From positions 1 through 59,471 of the forward strand of contig CAZXZU010000002.1 of NCBI GenBank assembly GCA_964645355.1: 59,471 nt of DNA, written 5' to 3'. Below are positions 17,632 through 26,181 of this stretch, one piece after another (the stretch's first letter is position 1; each line of letters starts with the position of its first letter). The position numbers were made by a program, and so were the translations under genes. Source of the DNA: an uncultured Heliomicrobium sp. (GTDB lineage Bacteria > Acidobacteriota > Blastocatellia > RBC074). The notes below the pieces were generated by a model, which worked only from the letters and a program-made list of their open reading frames with translations, made no database searches and had not been told where the DNA came from.

Positions 17632-18159
17632 TCAGCAAGTCAGTCGCGCGGCAAGCTCTGCAATCACAGCTTCGGCGCGAGCTTCGATTTCCGCTTTGGT
17701 TTGATCCTGAATCGGGTGAGCGACGTAAACCGCGTCAAAATCGCTTCGGCCAAGCGCGCTGGCTTGAGCGCGAGCGGCGGTCATGAATTCCGTCGTAGCC
17801 ACCGGAACCGATGGGATGCCAAGATTTTCCAGCCTCGTTGTGTCGTGCAAACTGCACGTCGTGCAAGACCCTCAATCAGCCAGGGCTTCGATCACGGCGT
17901 CGCATCGCGCCGCCAGCAACTGGTCAATGACTGCTTCAGGCGCGGGTTTGGTGAACGTAGGCTTCATCGCTCGAACGACCGAGGCCACGCCGTAACTTTC
18001 GCGCAGCAATGATTCCAGCCGGTCAAGAAAAACGCTGCCACCGGGTTTGCTGATGTCCAGCAAGCCGATGATTTTTCCGCTCAGTGTGCCGAGCTTCGGC
18101 GCGGCTTTGCGCTGTTCGCGGATGGTTTCATTCAGCGGATTAACGAGTGTGATTGGCAT
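17632..18159 (-). CDS. UGSC-motif selenoprotein (175 aa) with in-frame TGA at 17872-17874
   Basis: Track ORFs 17872-18213 and 17632-17850 share one frame. They are separated only by TGA plus 7 sense codons. Readthrough gives ...EALAD-U-GSCTTCSLHDTTRLENLG.... ATG 18159 has a purine-rich RBS, and the downstream piece has no ATG of its own. Confidence 0.75.
17842..17860 (-). promoter_or_regulatory. candidate bacterial SECIS stem-loop
   Basis: mRNA GACGUGCA-GUU-UGCACGAC: 7 base pairs with one A-A mismatch and a G/U-containing apical loop. It begins 11 nt 3' of the UGA. An overlapping alternative hairpin is UGCAC-GAC-GUGCA. Confidence 0.5.
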
Positions 18160-18174
18160 AAGTCTTTTCCTTTC

Positions 18175-18297
18175 TTCCACGAAGACACACGAAGTAAACA
18201 CGAAGAAAGGCAAAACATACTTGCGCCGCCTTTCATACTGAAAAAACTTTTCAGCCTGTCGAAGCCTTCGTGGTACTTCGTGTGCCTTCGTGGATGA
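18175..18297. repeat. CACGAAG-type palindromic intergenic element, copy 1
   Basis: Left arm has CACGAAG at 18178, 18188 and 18199. Right arm has CTTCGTG at 18266, 18276 and 18286. The arms are inverted. Nearly identical to 46781-46865. Confidence 0.9.
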
Positions 18298-18300
18298 AGT

Positions 18301-19902
18301 TCATTCAATCGGATACGTCACAACTTGGCTGCCGCGCCCGCCAGCCGCCCAACTGCCCACGACGGCGGAAAACTTTCCGGCGGTTCCGCCAGTAACGACG
18401 ATGCGAATCTGTTCCGGCGTGGCGAATTTGCGATAACACTCTTCGCCGTCAATCGTGACTTGCTGGTACATCTTTGTCAGTTGCGAACCTTCGCTGCCGT
18501 CGCCGGTGAATTCTCTGACCGGAATTCCCGTATTTTCAAACAGAAACTGACGAGCCGATTCTTTGGTGAATCCGTCGCGCTCCAAAGTTTTGACGTGCTC
18601 CGGGCACATCAGCACAAAAGCCTCAAACAACATGCACATCCTGTAATTCCAGACCGTAGCCAACGAACGCGAAATCGTCTTCAGAATTGTTTTGCCGTCG
18701 CGGGCGTAATGCTCGCTGACTCCGTGCGGAGGTTCGGCGGCAAACAGCGTGACGGCGCTTTGCTCAGGCTTGAAGCCTTGCTGGACGTGCAGCGGCGTCC
18801 AATCGCTGACTTCTTCGTTTTCGGCAATGCAGTAAGAAAACTTGCCGGGATTGCCCAGCGTGGACATATCAATTTCGCCGGGCTTGGCTCCGCCGATGTT
18901 GGTGATGATTAGCTGAAAAGCTCGGCCAAGCGTGCTGTTCGCTCGCGCGACATTGCTGAGTACGTTGCTACCACAAGCGAAACCGAGTTCTTGCCGAATT
19001 GGCCCGTTGACGACAATCATCGGCGCGGCAAAGTGAGTCGTCGCCTGAACTCCGTGCAGGTTGAACCGTTCGTCGCACACCGCTCGGATCAGAGGAATCA
19101 AAACGCGCATCATCTCCGGCGGACAACCAGCCATCACCGCGTTGGCTGCGATTTTTTCAACGGTCGCTTCGCCGTAGTTCGGCGGCACGCGAGCGATGAT
19201 TTCGTCAGGCAGCAGCTTTGTCGCTTGCAGCATTCGCTCGACTCGCTCAACCGTAGGCGGCACAACCGGCAAGTTGTCGAACTGCAAACAATACTCAAAA
19301 GGATCAACATCGTCGCCGAGTTCAATCCGCGAAGCCCGCTGCCCGCGCTGAGAATACAAATCCACTGCCGCAGCTTCCGTTCCCGCGCCTTCACCTTCCA
19401 GATGCCGCGAAGTGCAACCGGGCTTTGATTTCGGAGCGCCGTCGAATTCTTCGGCAATGATGACCGGTTCAATGCCGGTCATTTCGCATAACTTCGCGGC
19501 AATCGCGTTCAGCTCAGCTTTGTCAAAAGCGATTTCGGTCAGCGCGACTTTGCCCGCCGCATCCACCAAAAACAGCGTAGGCACAGCCACAGGATCGTAT
19601 TGCCGAGTCACAGCCAAATCGCCGTCCAGCACGACCGGGAAATGGACATTCATCTGCCTGACAAACTCTCGCGTCGCGGCTTCGCTGTCTTGAGAAACGC
19701 CGATGATCTCGGCGGAATCTGGCCGGATGGCTTTGGCCAGCTTGTTCAGGTAAGGAAACGTCAAACGGCAAGTCGGACAATCCGTCTCGAAGAAAACCAG
19801 CAGCGCCGGTTTAGGCTTCGCACCCAAACCGGCATAACGCAGTGATTTCCCATCAAGGTCAAACAGTGAAAATGATGGAGCTTGTTCGTTGATTGACAAC
19901 AT
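18301..19902 (-). CDS. thioredoxin-fold (CPTC) domain fused to a large C-terminal domain of unknown function
   Basis: N-terminus QAPSFSLFDLDGKSL...LLVFFETDCPTCRLTFPYLNKL is TlpA/redoxin-like. About 370 aa of unassigned C-terminus (..PVVPPTVERVERML..ANAVMAGCPPEMM..). ATG 19902 lies 2 nt after the radical SAM stop. Confidence 0.7.
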   Translation of the reverse strand: MLSINEQAPSFSLFDLDGKSLRYAGLGAKPKPALLVFFETDCPTCRLTFPYLNKLAKAIRPDSAEIIGVSQDSEAATREFVRQMNVHFPVVLDGDLAVTRQYDPVAVPTLFLVDAAGKVALTEIAFDKAELNAIAAKLCEMTGIEPVIIAEEFDGAPKSKPGCTSRHLEGEGAGTEAAAVDLYSQRGQRASRIELGDDVDPFEYCLQFDNLPVVPPTVERVERMLQATKLLPDEIIARVPPNYGEATVEKIAANAVMAGCPPEMMRVLIPLIRAVCDERFNLHGVQATTHFAAPMIVVNGPIRQELGFACGSNVLSNVARANSTLGRAFQLIITNIGGAKPGEIDMSTLGNPGKFSYCIAENEEVSDWTPLHVQQGFKPEQSAVTLFAAEPPHGVSEHYARDGKTILKTISRSLATVWNYRMCMLFEAFVLMCPEHVKTLERDGFTKESARQFLFENTGIPVREFTGDGSEGSQLTKMYQQVTIDGEECYRKFATPEQIRIVVTGGTAGKFSAVVGSWAAGGRGSQVVTYPIE

Positions 19903-19904
19903 AA

Positions 19905-20888
19905 TCAAACCTTTTGTCTTGCCCGTATTTTCCTGGCAGTTTTTCCCACTTGATCCGACAGATTGAAGATATGCCGCAACGGGATCAAGTTCATCAGGCG
20001 ATAATCACCAACGGCGCTCAACCCGGCTGAAGCCATGCATCCGCACTGCGAACAATCGGGATTGCCGCCAAATTGGCAGGGCGTAACCTTGCTTTTCAAA
20101 TCCGCCGTCAGGTTCAGCGTCGTGCGAGCGAAAATGCATTCTTCGGGCGATGCCGGAGGCGAAAGATAACCTTTAATCACAGAATCGGGTAACTCCAGCT
20201 TTGGAAAACTAGCTCGCAATCCGGCCAAATCGGCCAGCACTTCAGAACGCTGAGCCGGTGAAAGTATCTCTTCTGCCTCCGCACCCATCTGAGGCGTAAA
20301 GAGGCTGAACCATACCTTTCTGACTTCCTGCTTTTCCGACCAGAAGGACAGGAAATCTTTTAAATAATTCTGCCGCTCGGCTATCTGGCTGGTTATGGTG
20401 CAATGCACCGTAATCGAATGTCCAACGATATTTTGCAGTATCCGATCATAAGTTGCGGGGCTTCTTCTGGCATCGTGTTCCGGCTGCAATCCGTCAATGG
20501 AAACAACCATCAACAGGTTTTTGATATTGGCCCAGGGCTTCGGAATTTCACGTACCGCGCTGGTCACAAGTTGAACCGTAATCCCTCTGTCGCTGAGTTG
20601 CGGCAACAAAGTATCCAACTCACGAAACCTGACCAGAGGTTCTCCGCCAACGATGGAAAGATGCAGCGGGCGATGACGATCCATCAACGCCAGGACTTCA
20701 TCCACCAACTGCTGCCCCTTGAAATCCGACAGCGTTCTCAGCGGCCCAAGCTGATGAAGATGCTCAGGTTCATACGCGTAACATCCAGGACAGCGCAACG
20801 GACATTCGCGCGTGATTTCAATCGAAAGCGAAGGATAATCCCCGTGCAGGATTTTTCCCCAGGCTCGTAATACATCAATGCTTTTCAT
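19905..20888 (-). CDS. radical SAM enzyme with a Cys-rich C-terminal auxiliary motif
   Basis: CPLRCPGCYAY is a CxxxCxxC cluster. GGEPL follows. C-terminal TPCQFGGNPDCSQCGCMASAG resembles SPASM/twitch or HpnH-type C-termini. Confidence 0.85.
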   Translation of the reverse strand: MKSIDVLRAWGKILHGDYPSLSIEITRECPLRCPGCYAYEPEHLHQLGPLRTLSDFKGQQLVDEVLALMDRHRPLHLSIVGGEPLVRFRELDTLLPQLSDRGITVQLVTSAVREIPKPWANIKNLLMVVSIDGLQPEHDARRSPATYDRILQNIVGHSITVHCTITSQIAERQNYLKDFLSFWSEKQEVRKVWFSLFTPQMGAEAEEILSPAQRSEVLADLAGLRASFPKLELPDSVIKGYLSPPASPEECIFARTTLNLTADLKSKVTPCQFGGNPDCSQCGCMASAGLSAVGDYRLMNLIPLRHIFNLSDQVGKTARKIRARQKV

Positions 20889-21023
20889 TTAGCTCCACTT
20901 TTGGTTTAGGCACAAACATACCTGACAGGAATGCCTGATCTTTGTTGAATTTATCAAGAACCATTGGCTTAGGGGGAGACCCAGATTCGGGTTGTGATGC
21001 TGGTGATGTTTGCCAAAGAAACG

Positions 21024-21063
21024 ATAGCCCGAAATGAGTTTTTCGTCACTCAATCCGGGCTAT
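21024..21063 (-). terminator. candidate terminator hairpin after nrdJ
   Basis: ATAGCCCG (21024-21031) pairs with CGGGCTAT (21056-21063), with an inner TGAGT/ACTCA pairing. On the minus strand it is followed by CGUUUCUUUGG. Confidence 0.45.
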
Positions 21064-21094
21064 TTTCAGTTAAGTCGTTTGGTCAATGGGCTTG

Positions 21095-24000
21095 TTATAC
21101 GCACTTCGAGAATCCGCAGTCGCGGCAGGTGTAACAGCCGCCAGCGTACTCAATCTGGTTGCTGCTGCATTCAGGGCAAGCGGTTATGACTTTCTTCGAA
21201 TCAATCATCACAGGTTTGATCGGGACGACGTTGGTTGTTGACGGTAGAGACGCAAAATTTTGCGTCTCTACTTTTCCGGCGGTTTGAGCCATTGCCAGCT
21301 TGGCGGCTTCGCGTGCGGAATCGGGTTGCTGCATCAAACGGCGCTTGGTCAGCATGATGCATTCGGCCACGACTTGTTCGGGTGAAGTGCATAACCGAGC
21401 GTTGAACCAGATCGAATGATTGCCGATGACCTTGTTCAAGCTGGCCGCGACTTCTTCGGGTTCGAATCCGCCGCGCAGCATCTTCGACGCCAGCAAGCCG
21501 ACTGAAACCGAAAGACCTCCGCCGGTGGCAAAAACTTCCAGCACTCGCGCGCCATCGTGATTGATCGTGACGTAAAGGTTTTGGTGATCGAACGAAACCT
21601 GCCAGGTTGAACCGGACAGTTCGCGCGGTCGTTCCAAACGCGGCAAGGTTTCGTGAACGGCCAAAGCGTTTTGATGAATTGCCTGAGCGGCTTCCGGCCC
21701 GGTTTCAACCCTCGTTTCAATTTTGACTTCAGGTTTGGCTTCGGCTTTTTGCTCGACAGGTTTTTCGGCGCTGACGGCGGTCAGCACTTGATTATCGCGC
21801 GAACCGTCGCGGTAATAACTGACGGCTTTGACGCCCATTTTCCAAGCCAGCCGATGCACGCGGTCGGTGTCCGCAACCGAATAACTGGCGGGCGCGTTGA
21901 CCGTTTTCGAAATCGAATTGTCCACGTTATCCTGAAAAGCTTTCAGCACACGCAGATGATGATCCGGGTCCAGCGTCATCGCATCAACAAAGTATTCCGG
22001 CAGTTTGTCGCGGTTTTCAACGATGTAAGTGGAGGCGCGTTCAATCGAAGCCGGATCGGATTGGTCGAGTTCGATACCCAAAGCTTTGGCTGCAATCGGG
22101 TGCGCGTAAGTGCGCGTGCCCAGCGTGTCGCGGCGAACGTAAGCGTACGAAAAATTCGGTTCGCAGCCGGAACTGGTTTCGGCTACCAGAGAAATCGTGC
22201 CGGTTGGCGCAACAGTCGTGACTTCGTAATTGCGCGGAGTCAGCGGGATCGAACGGTCAAGACCGACTTCGTTGTAAAGCAGGTCTTCGTAAAGATTGCG
22301 GTTCGGCTCGAATTCGGGCATCGCGCCTTTTTCAGCGCCCAGCGCCAGCGAAGCCAGCCAGGATTCTTTGCGGAAAAAGTCCATCATCTTGTCCGCCAGC
22401 AAAGCTGATTCTTCGCCGCCGTAACTGACGCGTTTCTGCAAACACAGATCGGCAAATCCCATAATGCCAAGTCCAACCGGGCGAGTGCGATGAACTGTGT
22501 CGTGAATCTGAGGCAGCGGCCAATCGCAAGTGTCAATCACGTTGTCCAGAAAGCGCACAGACCAGTAAATGTCTTTTGAAAAACCTTCCCAATCAACATC
22601 GTCGGTCGCTTCGTCGTAATACTTGGCCACGTCAATCGAACCCAGATTGCAGGCGTTGTAATCGTGCAGCATTTGTTCGGCGCAATTGTGAACAACGATG
22701 CCATTAGCAATGAACGAATGCGTGAGCGGTTCAGTCAAATCGAATACATCCTCTTCGCCATCTGGAATTACTATTTGAACAGTGGCTTCAAAGTGTTCTT
22801 GATTCGGCGTGCGCTTACGATTGGCAATAATGGTGTTCAGCTTTTCCTGTTTGGCAGTAGTCAAAAATCCGACTTCCTGAGCAAAGGTTTCCAGATTCAC
22901 CTTTGAAAAATGCAGTTCGTGTCGGGCTTGGGTTTGATAAGCCCGCGAACCGCCTTTGCCGTCAGGCAAAATAGTTTCTCCGGCCTGATGGCGATTCAGG
23001 TAAACCGTCGAAGCAATGCCAAAATTGAGCAGCAGTTGCTGAACCCCGTTTAGCAACGTTTCCGAAGTTGATGTCAGACGAACATGGTTGCCTTTCAGTG
23101 CATCCACATGAACAGTTCCATCGGCTGAAAACAGACCTTGTAAAAAACCGCGCTGGGTTTCTTCATTCCCACGCCATACGCAATCAGGAACAACCAACTT
23201 AGCTGCCCCCACGCCAAGTCCGCATTGCTCGGCAAGAATGTGAAGGCGCTCTGATTGGACGCGGGCTTCGCGGCGGTCTTCAATCCAGGAGACTTTGTTG
23301 AAATATGGGCGCGGAGCCTTAGTCAACGGCGCGGCCAATTCCGTCACGTATTTGGCAAACTGCTCTGCAATTTCAGCGTCATCGCCAAAGAAAGAGAGCA
23401 CGGCTTTTCCGTTCGTCATCGTGCCATCGCCGACCAACCATCCCATCACACGCCCTAATTCAAGCGAGCCTGCAGTGCCAAAGCCGCCCTTGCGATTCAG
23501 GATGTGAAGCTTGTCTCCCGGTTGCAAATCCTGCAATTCGATCCAGCCACGCGAAGTCATAATCTGATGATTGCCAGTTGCTCGCAGTGTGTAGCCTTCG
23601 GCAGTCATCAGACGGAAAACGGGCTTGCGGCCAGTCCAAAAGACAGAAGAGGCTTGAGAAGTTTTTTGTTCGTGTCCAAAACGACCGTCAATCACAGCTT
23701 CAACATCACGCTGTGAGTTAAACAACTCGCTTGCCGTGAAGATACCTTCGCCCGTGAAAATCCTGGTATCTCCAGTCACACATGGATTCGACGCCTTCTT
23801 CAATCCCATCGAATTCATCAGCGGGTTATGGCGGTTGACGTTGTCAATGAAGATGATGCCCGGCTCAGCCCAGCGATGCGTCGAAGAAATGATTCGCTCC
23901 CAAATGTCCGGCGCGAAAACCATTCCGGGTTTTGGCGGCTTCTGGCCTTTGAAGGTGTATTCGCCGCCCTCGCCACTTTCTGAATTGGCGGCTTTCGGAT

Positions 24001-24721
24001 CGAAGATAGCCATTTCCCACGGCTTGCCGTTGAATTCGGTGTGAAACCATTCGTTGTTTTCTACGGCTTGCAGAAATTTGTCGCTGACCGTGACTGAGAT
24101 GTTGAAGTTGGTCAGGCTCTTCTGGTCGTTCTTGGCGTGGATGAAGCGCAGAATGTCGGGGTGGCCAACGGCCAGAATTCCCATGTTCGCGCCGCGACGA
24201 ACTCCGCCCTGTTTGACGGTTTCGGTCATCGTGTTGACGATCTGCATGAACGAGATCGGGCCTGAAGCCATTCCGCGACCTTCGCCGACAGGCGTACCAG
24301 CCGGACGCAGCCGTTCGTAAGTCATCCCGGTTCCGCCGCCGGATTGATGAATCAGCGCGCAGTATTTGGCGTGCTCCATGATTCCGTCCAGCGAATCAGG
24401 CACCGGCAGCACGAAACAGGCCGCCAACTGGCCTTTGGGTTTTCCGGCGTTCACCAAACAAGGCGTGTTCGGGATGAAAGCGCGTTCGTGCATCAACCGC
24501 AGCATATTGAGCATGAACTCTTCGCGGCGGCGTGGGTCGGTTTCGGCTTTGGCCACGTGAGAAACAACCCGCCGGGTGATGTCATCCCAGGTTTCCAGCG
24601 GATTGCCTTGCAGGTCTTTCAGTGAATAGCGTTTGGCAACAACACGCTGCGCGTTTATGCCTAACGGGGTTTTGGTTGCGGGGCTGGCAAATTGAACGAT
24701 CTGTTGTCTGCTTGCGCTCAT
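21095..24721 (-). CDS. nrdJ: class II (adenosylcobalamin-dependent) ribonucleotide reductase carrying one intein and a C-terminal Zn-ribbon
   Basis: N-terminus AKRYSLKD...[21 protein letters not shown]. Active-site ASNP-C...-CAEQML is split by the intein. C-terminal part has a TSCPD-like segment, then CPEC...CYTCRDC. Confidence 0.9.
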   Translation of the reverse strand: MSASRQQIVQFASPATKTPLGINAQRVVAKRYSLKDLQGNPLETWDDITRRVVSHVAKAETDPRRREEFMLNMLRLMHERAFIPNTPCLVNAGKPKGQLAACFVLPVPDSLDGIMEHAKYCALIHQSGGGTGMTYERLRPAGTPVGEGRGMASGPISFMQIVNTMTETVKQGGVRRGANMGILAVGHPDILRFIHAKNDQKSLTNFNISVTVSDKFLQAVENNEWFHTEFNGKPWEMAIFDPKAANSESGEGGEYTFKGQKPPKPGMVFAPDIWERIISSTHRWAEPGIIFIDNVNRHNPLMNSMGLKKASNPCVTGDTRIFTGEGIFTASELFNSQRDVEAVIDGRFGHEQKTSQASSVFWTGRKPVFRLMTAEGYTLRATGNHQIMTSRGWIELQDLQPGDKLHILNRKGGFGTAGSLELGRVMGWLVGDGTMTNGKAVLSFFGDDAEIAEQFAKYVTELAAPLTKAPRPYFNKVSWIEDRREARVQSERLHILAEQCGLGVGAAKLVVPDCVWRGNEETQRGFLQGLFSADGTVHVDALKGNHVRLTSTSETLLNGVQQLLLNFGIASTVYLNRHQAGETILPDGKGGSRAYQTQARHELHFSKVNLETFAQEVGFLTTAKQEKLNTIIANRKRTPNQEHFEATVQIVIPDGEEDVFDLTEPLTHSFIANGIVVHNCAEQMLHDYNACNLGSIDVAKYYDEATDDVDWEGFSKDIYWSVRFLDNVIDTCDWPLPQIHDTVHRTRPVGLGIMGFADLCLQKRVSYGGEESALLADKMMDFFRKESWLASLALGAEKGAMPEFEPNRNLYEDLLYNEVGLDRSIPLTPRNYEVTTVAPTGTISLVAETSSGCEPNFSYAYVRRDTLGTRTYAHPIAAKALGIELDQSDPASIERASTYIVENRDKLPEYFVDAMTLDPDHHLRVLKAFQDNVDNSISKTVNAPASYSVADTDRVHRLAWKMGVKAVSYYRDGSRDNQVLTAVSAEKPVEQKAEAKPEVKIETRVETGPEAAQAIHQNALAVHETLPRLERPRELSGSTWQVSFDHQNLYVTINHDGARVLEVFATGGGLSVSVGLLASKMLRGGFEPEEVAASLNKVIGNHSIWFNARLCTSPEQVVAECIMLTKRRLMQQPDSAREAAKLAMAQTAGKVETQNFASLPSTTNVVPIKPVMIDSKKVITACPECSSNQIEYAGGCYTCRDCGFSKCV
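22685..23782 (-). mobile_element. 366-aa intein with a LAGLIDADG homing-endonuclease domain (residues 314-679 of NrdJ)
   Basis: Block [10 protein letters not shown]. Block [19 protein letters not shown] motifs GWLVGDGTM and [14 protein letters not shown]-terminal [10 protein letters not shown] followed by +1 Cys (CAEQ). Sampled lines are about 40-47% GC against about 57% in the exteins. Confidence 0.88.
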
Positions 24722-25279
24722 GTCTGTCTAAATCCTTCGATTCGTTGATTGGTTAATTGTTGGAAAAGCTGGTTATCCCTTTCCAGGCGAAAAGCGACAA
24801 AGAGCAGTTTTGGATTCGGAGATGTTAAAGATACTTCTTTTGCAGGCTCGGCCAGGCTTAACAGGGTTGGCGGAAGTCAGGATTCGAGTCGGCTTTCGAC
24901 AATACAAATCCCATTCCGGTTTGCAGTATTTAGACGACAATCCGGCGGTTCAAGACTCATGCCGCTTCTGAAGTTTGCGCTGAGAAAGCGTTGAGTCAAG
25001 GTCAATTACCTGTTGAGTTGGTGTTGAGCGGCGCAAAATATAGTTCCACTACATACGGCTTGTCAATCAGGATTATCACCAATATGTTGTGGTTTCTTGT
25101 AAGTGCTGGCCGATAAAAGCGATATTCTTTTTTGGCTGTTTTTGAGTCTGAAGAGGCGGCATGGTTATACCAAGTCGGCAAGTGTTGCAGTGATAAAACT
25201 TAGCGAAAAACCCGGGTACGCGATGCCTCCGGCTCGCAGTCTCGGTGATAAAGCATTCCTTACGACAGGAAGTGATCTT

Positions 25280-25357
25280 CTGCCACGACCGCACGCTAGA
25301 AGCGATGCGTACCCAGCGCTGCCAAGACCGCACGCTGGAAGCGATGCGTACCCAACA
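25280..25357. repeat. 2 x 39-nt tandem direct repeat immediately 3' of the sod stop codon
   Basis: ctgccacgaccgcacgctagaagcgatgcgtacccagcg / ctgccaagaccgcacgctggaagcgatgcgtacccaaca. Five mismatches. Confidence 0.9.
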
Positions 25358-25358
25358 A

Positions 25359-25967
25359 TTATTTCAGCCGAGCATTGACCGCGTCCCAGTCAATGTTCTG
25401 GAAGAAGGCTTCGATGTATTTCGGGCGATCAGCCGGAACGTAATCCAGTATGAAGGCGTGTTCCCAAACGTCCATAATCAGCACGGGAGTGAACCCGGCG
25501 ACGTTTCCGGTTTCGTGCAGATTGATCCAGTGATTCGACAGACGGCGGGTTGTTGGGTCTTGATAGCAAGCCGCCCAACCGACTCCGCGCATTTTGCCTA
25601 CGGTCAGAAAGTTTTTCTTCCAGTTTTCGTAACTGCCGAAACATTCTTCAGCCAGTTTGTAAAAAGCCGAGCCTTTGTCGGGATCGCCGCTGCCGCCGTT
25701 TTTCAAATTGCCGAAGTAGTATTCGTGCAAAACCATGCCGTTGTATTCAAAGCCCAGTCGCCTGGTCAGTTCCGAATAAACAGGCATTTCGTTCGCGCTG
25801 ATTTCGCCGCGTGACAGTTCGGCGATCTTGTCGTTCAGGATGTTCGTGTTCGTAACATAGCCTTCATAAAGCTTGAAATGAATTGCCAGCGTGCGGTCGG
25901 AAATTCCGCTCAGCCCGCTGAGGTTATATGTTTTCGCTGCGTAAGATTGATTGGCGGTAAGCGCCAT
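25359..25967 (-). CDS. Fe/Mn-family superoxide dismutase (202 aa)
   Basis: HFKLYEGYV...EYNGMVLHEYYF...DVWEHAFILDY signature. ATG 25967 is preceded by GGAGG. The track ORF is extended to 26057. Confidence 0.9.
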   Translation of the reverse strand: MALTANQSYAAKTYNLSGLSGISDRTLAIHFKLYEGYVTNTNILNDKIAELSRGEISANEMPVYSELTRRLGFEYNGMVLHEYYFGNLKNGGSGDPDKGSAFYKLAEECFGSYENWKKNFLTVGKMRGVGWAACYQDPTTRRLSNHWINLHETGNVAGFTPVLIMDVWEHAFILDYVPADRPKYIEAFFQNIDWDAVNARLK

Positions 25968-26181
25968 AAATAGCCTCCGAATATGATGGTTTGATTTGTG
26001 CGAGCCAGGTAATTCCGCTCGCAAAGCCATCATAGCCGCTGGGTTGAGGCTGAACAATCACAGGTTGAGTTGATGGCAACAGTCCAAGAAGTGTCTCTTT
26101 CCATTGGGCGGGTGCCTCAACCGAAAGAGCGACGGCCAACCAGACTGTCTTCTTTGTCGGTCATCTAGTAGTACCCGTCTC

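Noticed and set aside
24873-24882. GAAGTCAGGA resembling a cobalamin-riboswitch B12 box upstream of the B12-dependent nrdJ
   Set aside because: The motif is on the plus strand, while nrdJ is transcribed from the minus strand. No other conserved riboswitch segments were evident, and there is no plus-strand gene downstream.
25033-25092. Possible NrdR boxes (caccaatatgttgtgg at 25077-25092; aaaatatagttcc at 25035-25047) upstream of nrdJ
   Set aside because: They are imperfect palindromes. The spacing of about 45 nt differs from the expected 31-32 nt between tandem boxes, and they lie about 350 nt from the start codon. They are worth a matrix scan but cannot be supported by eye.
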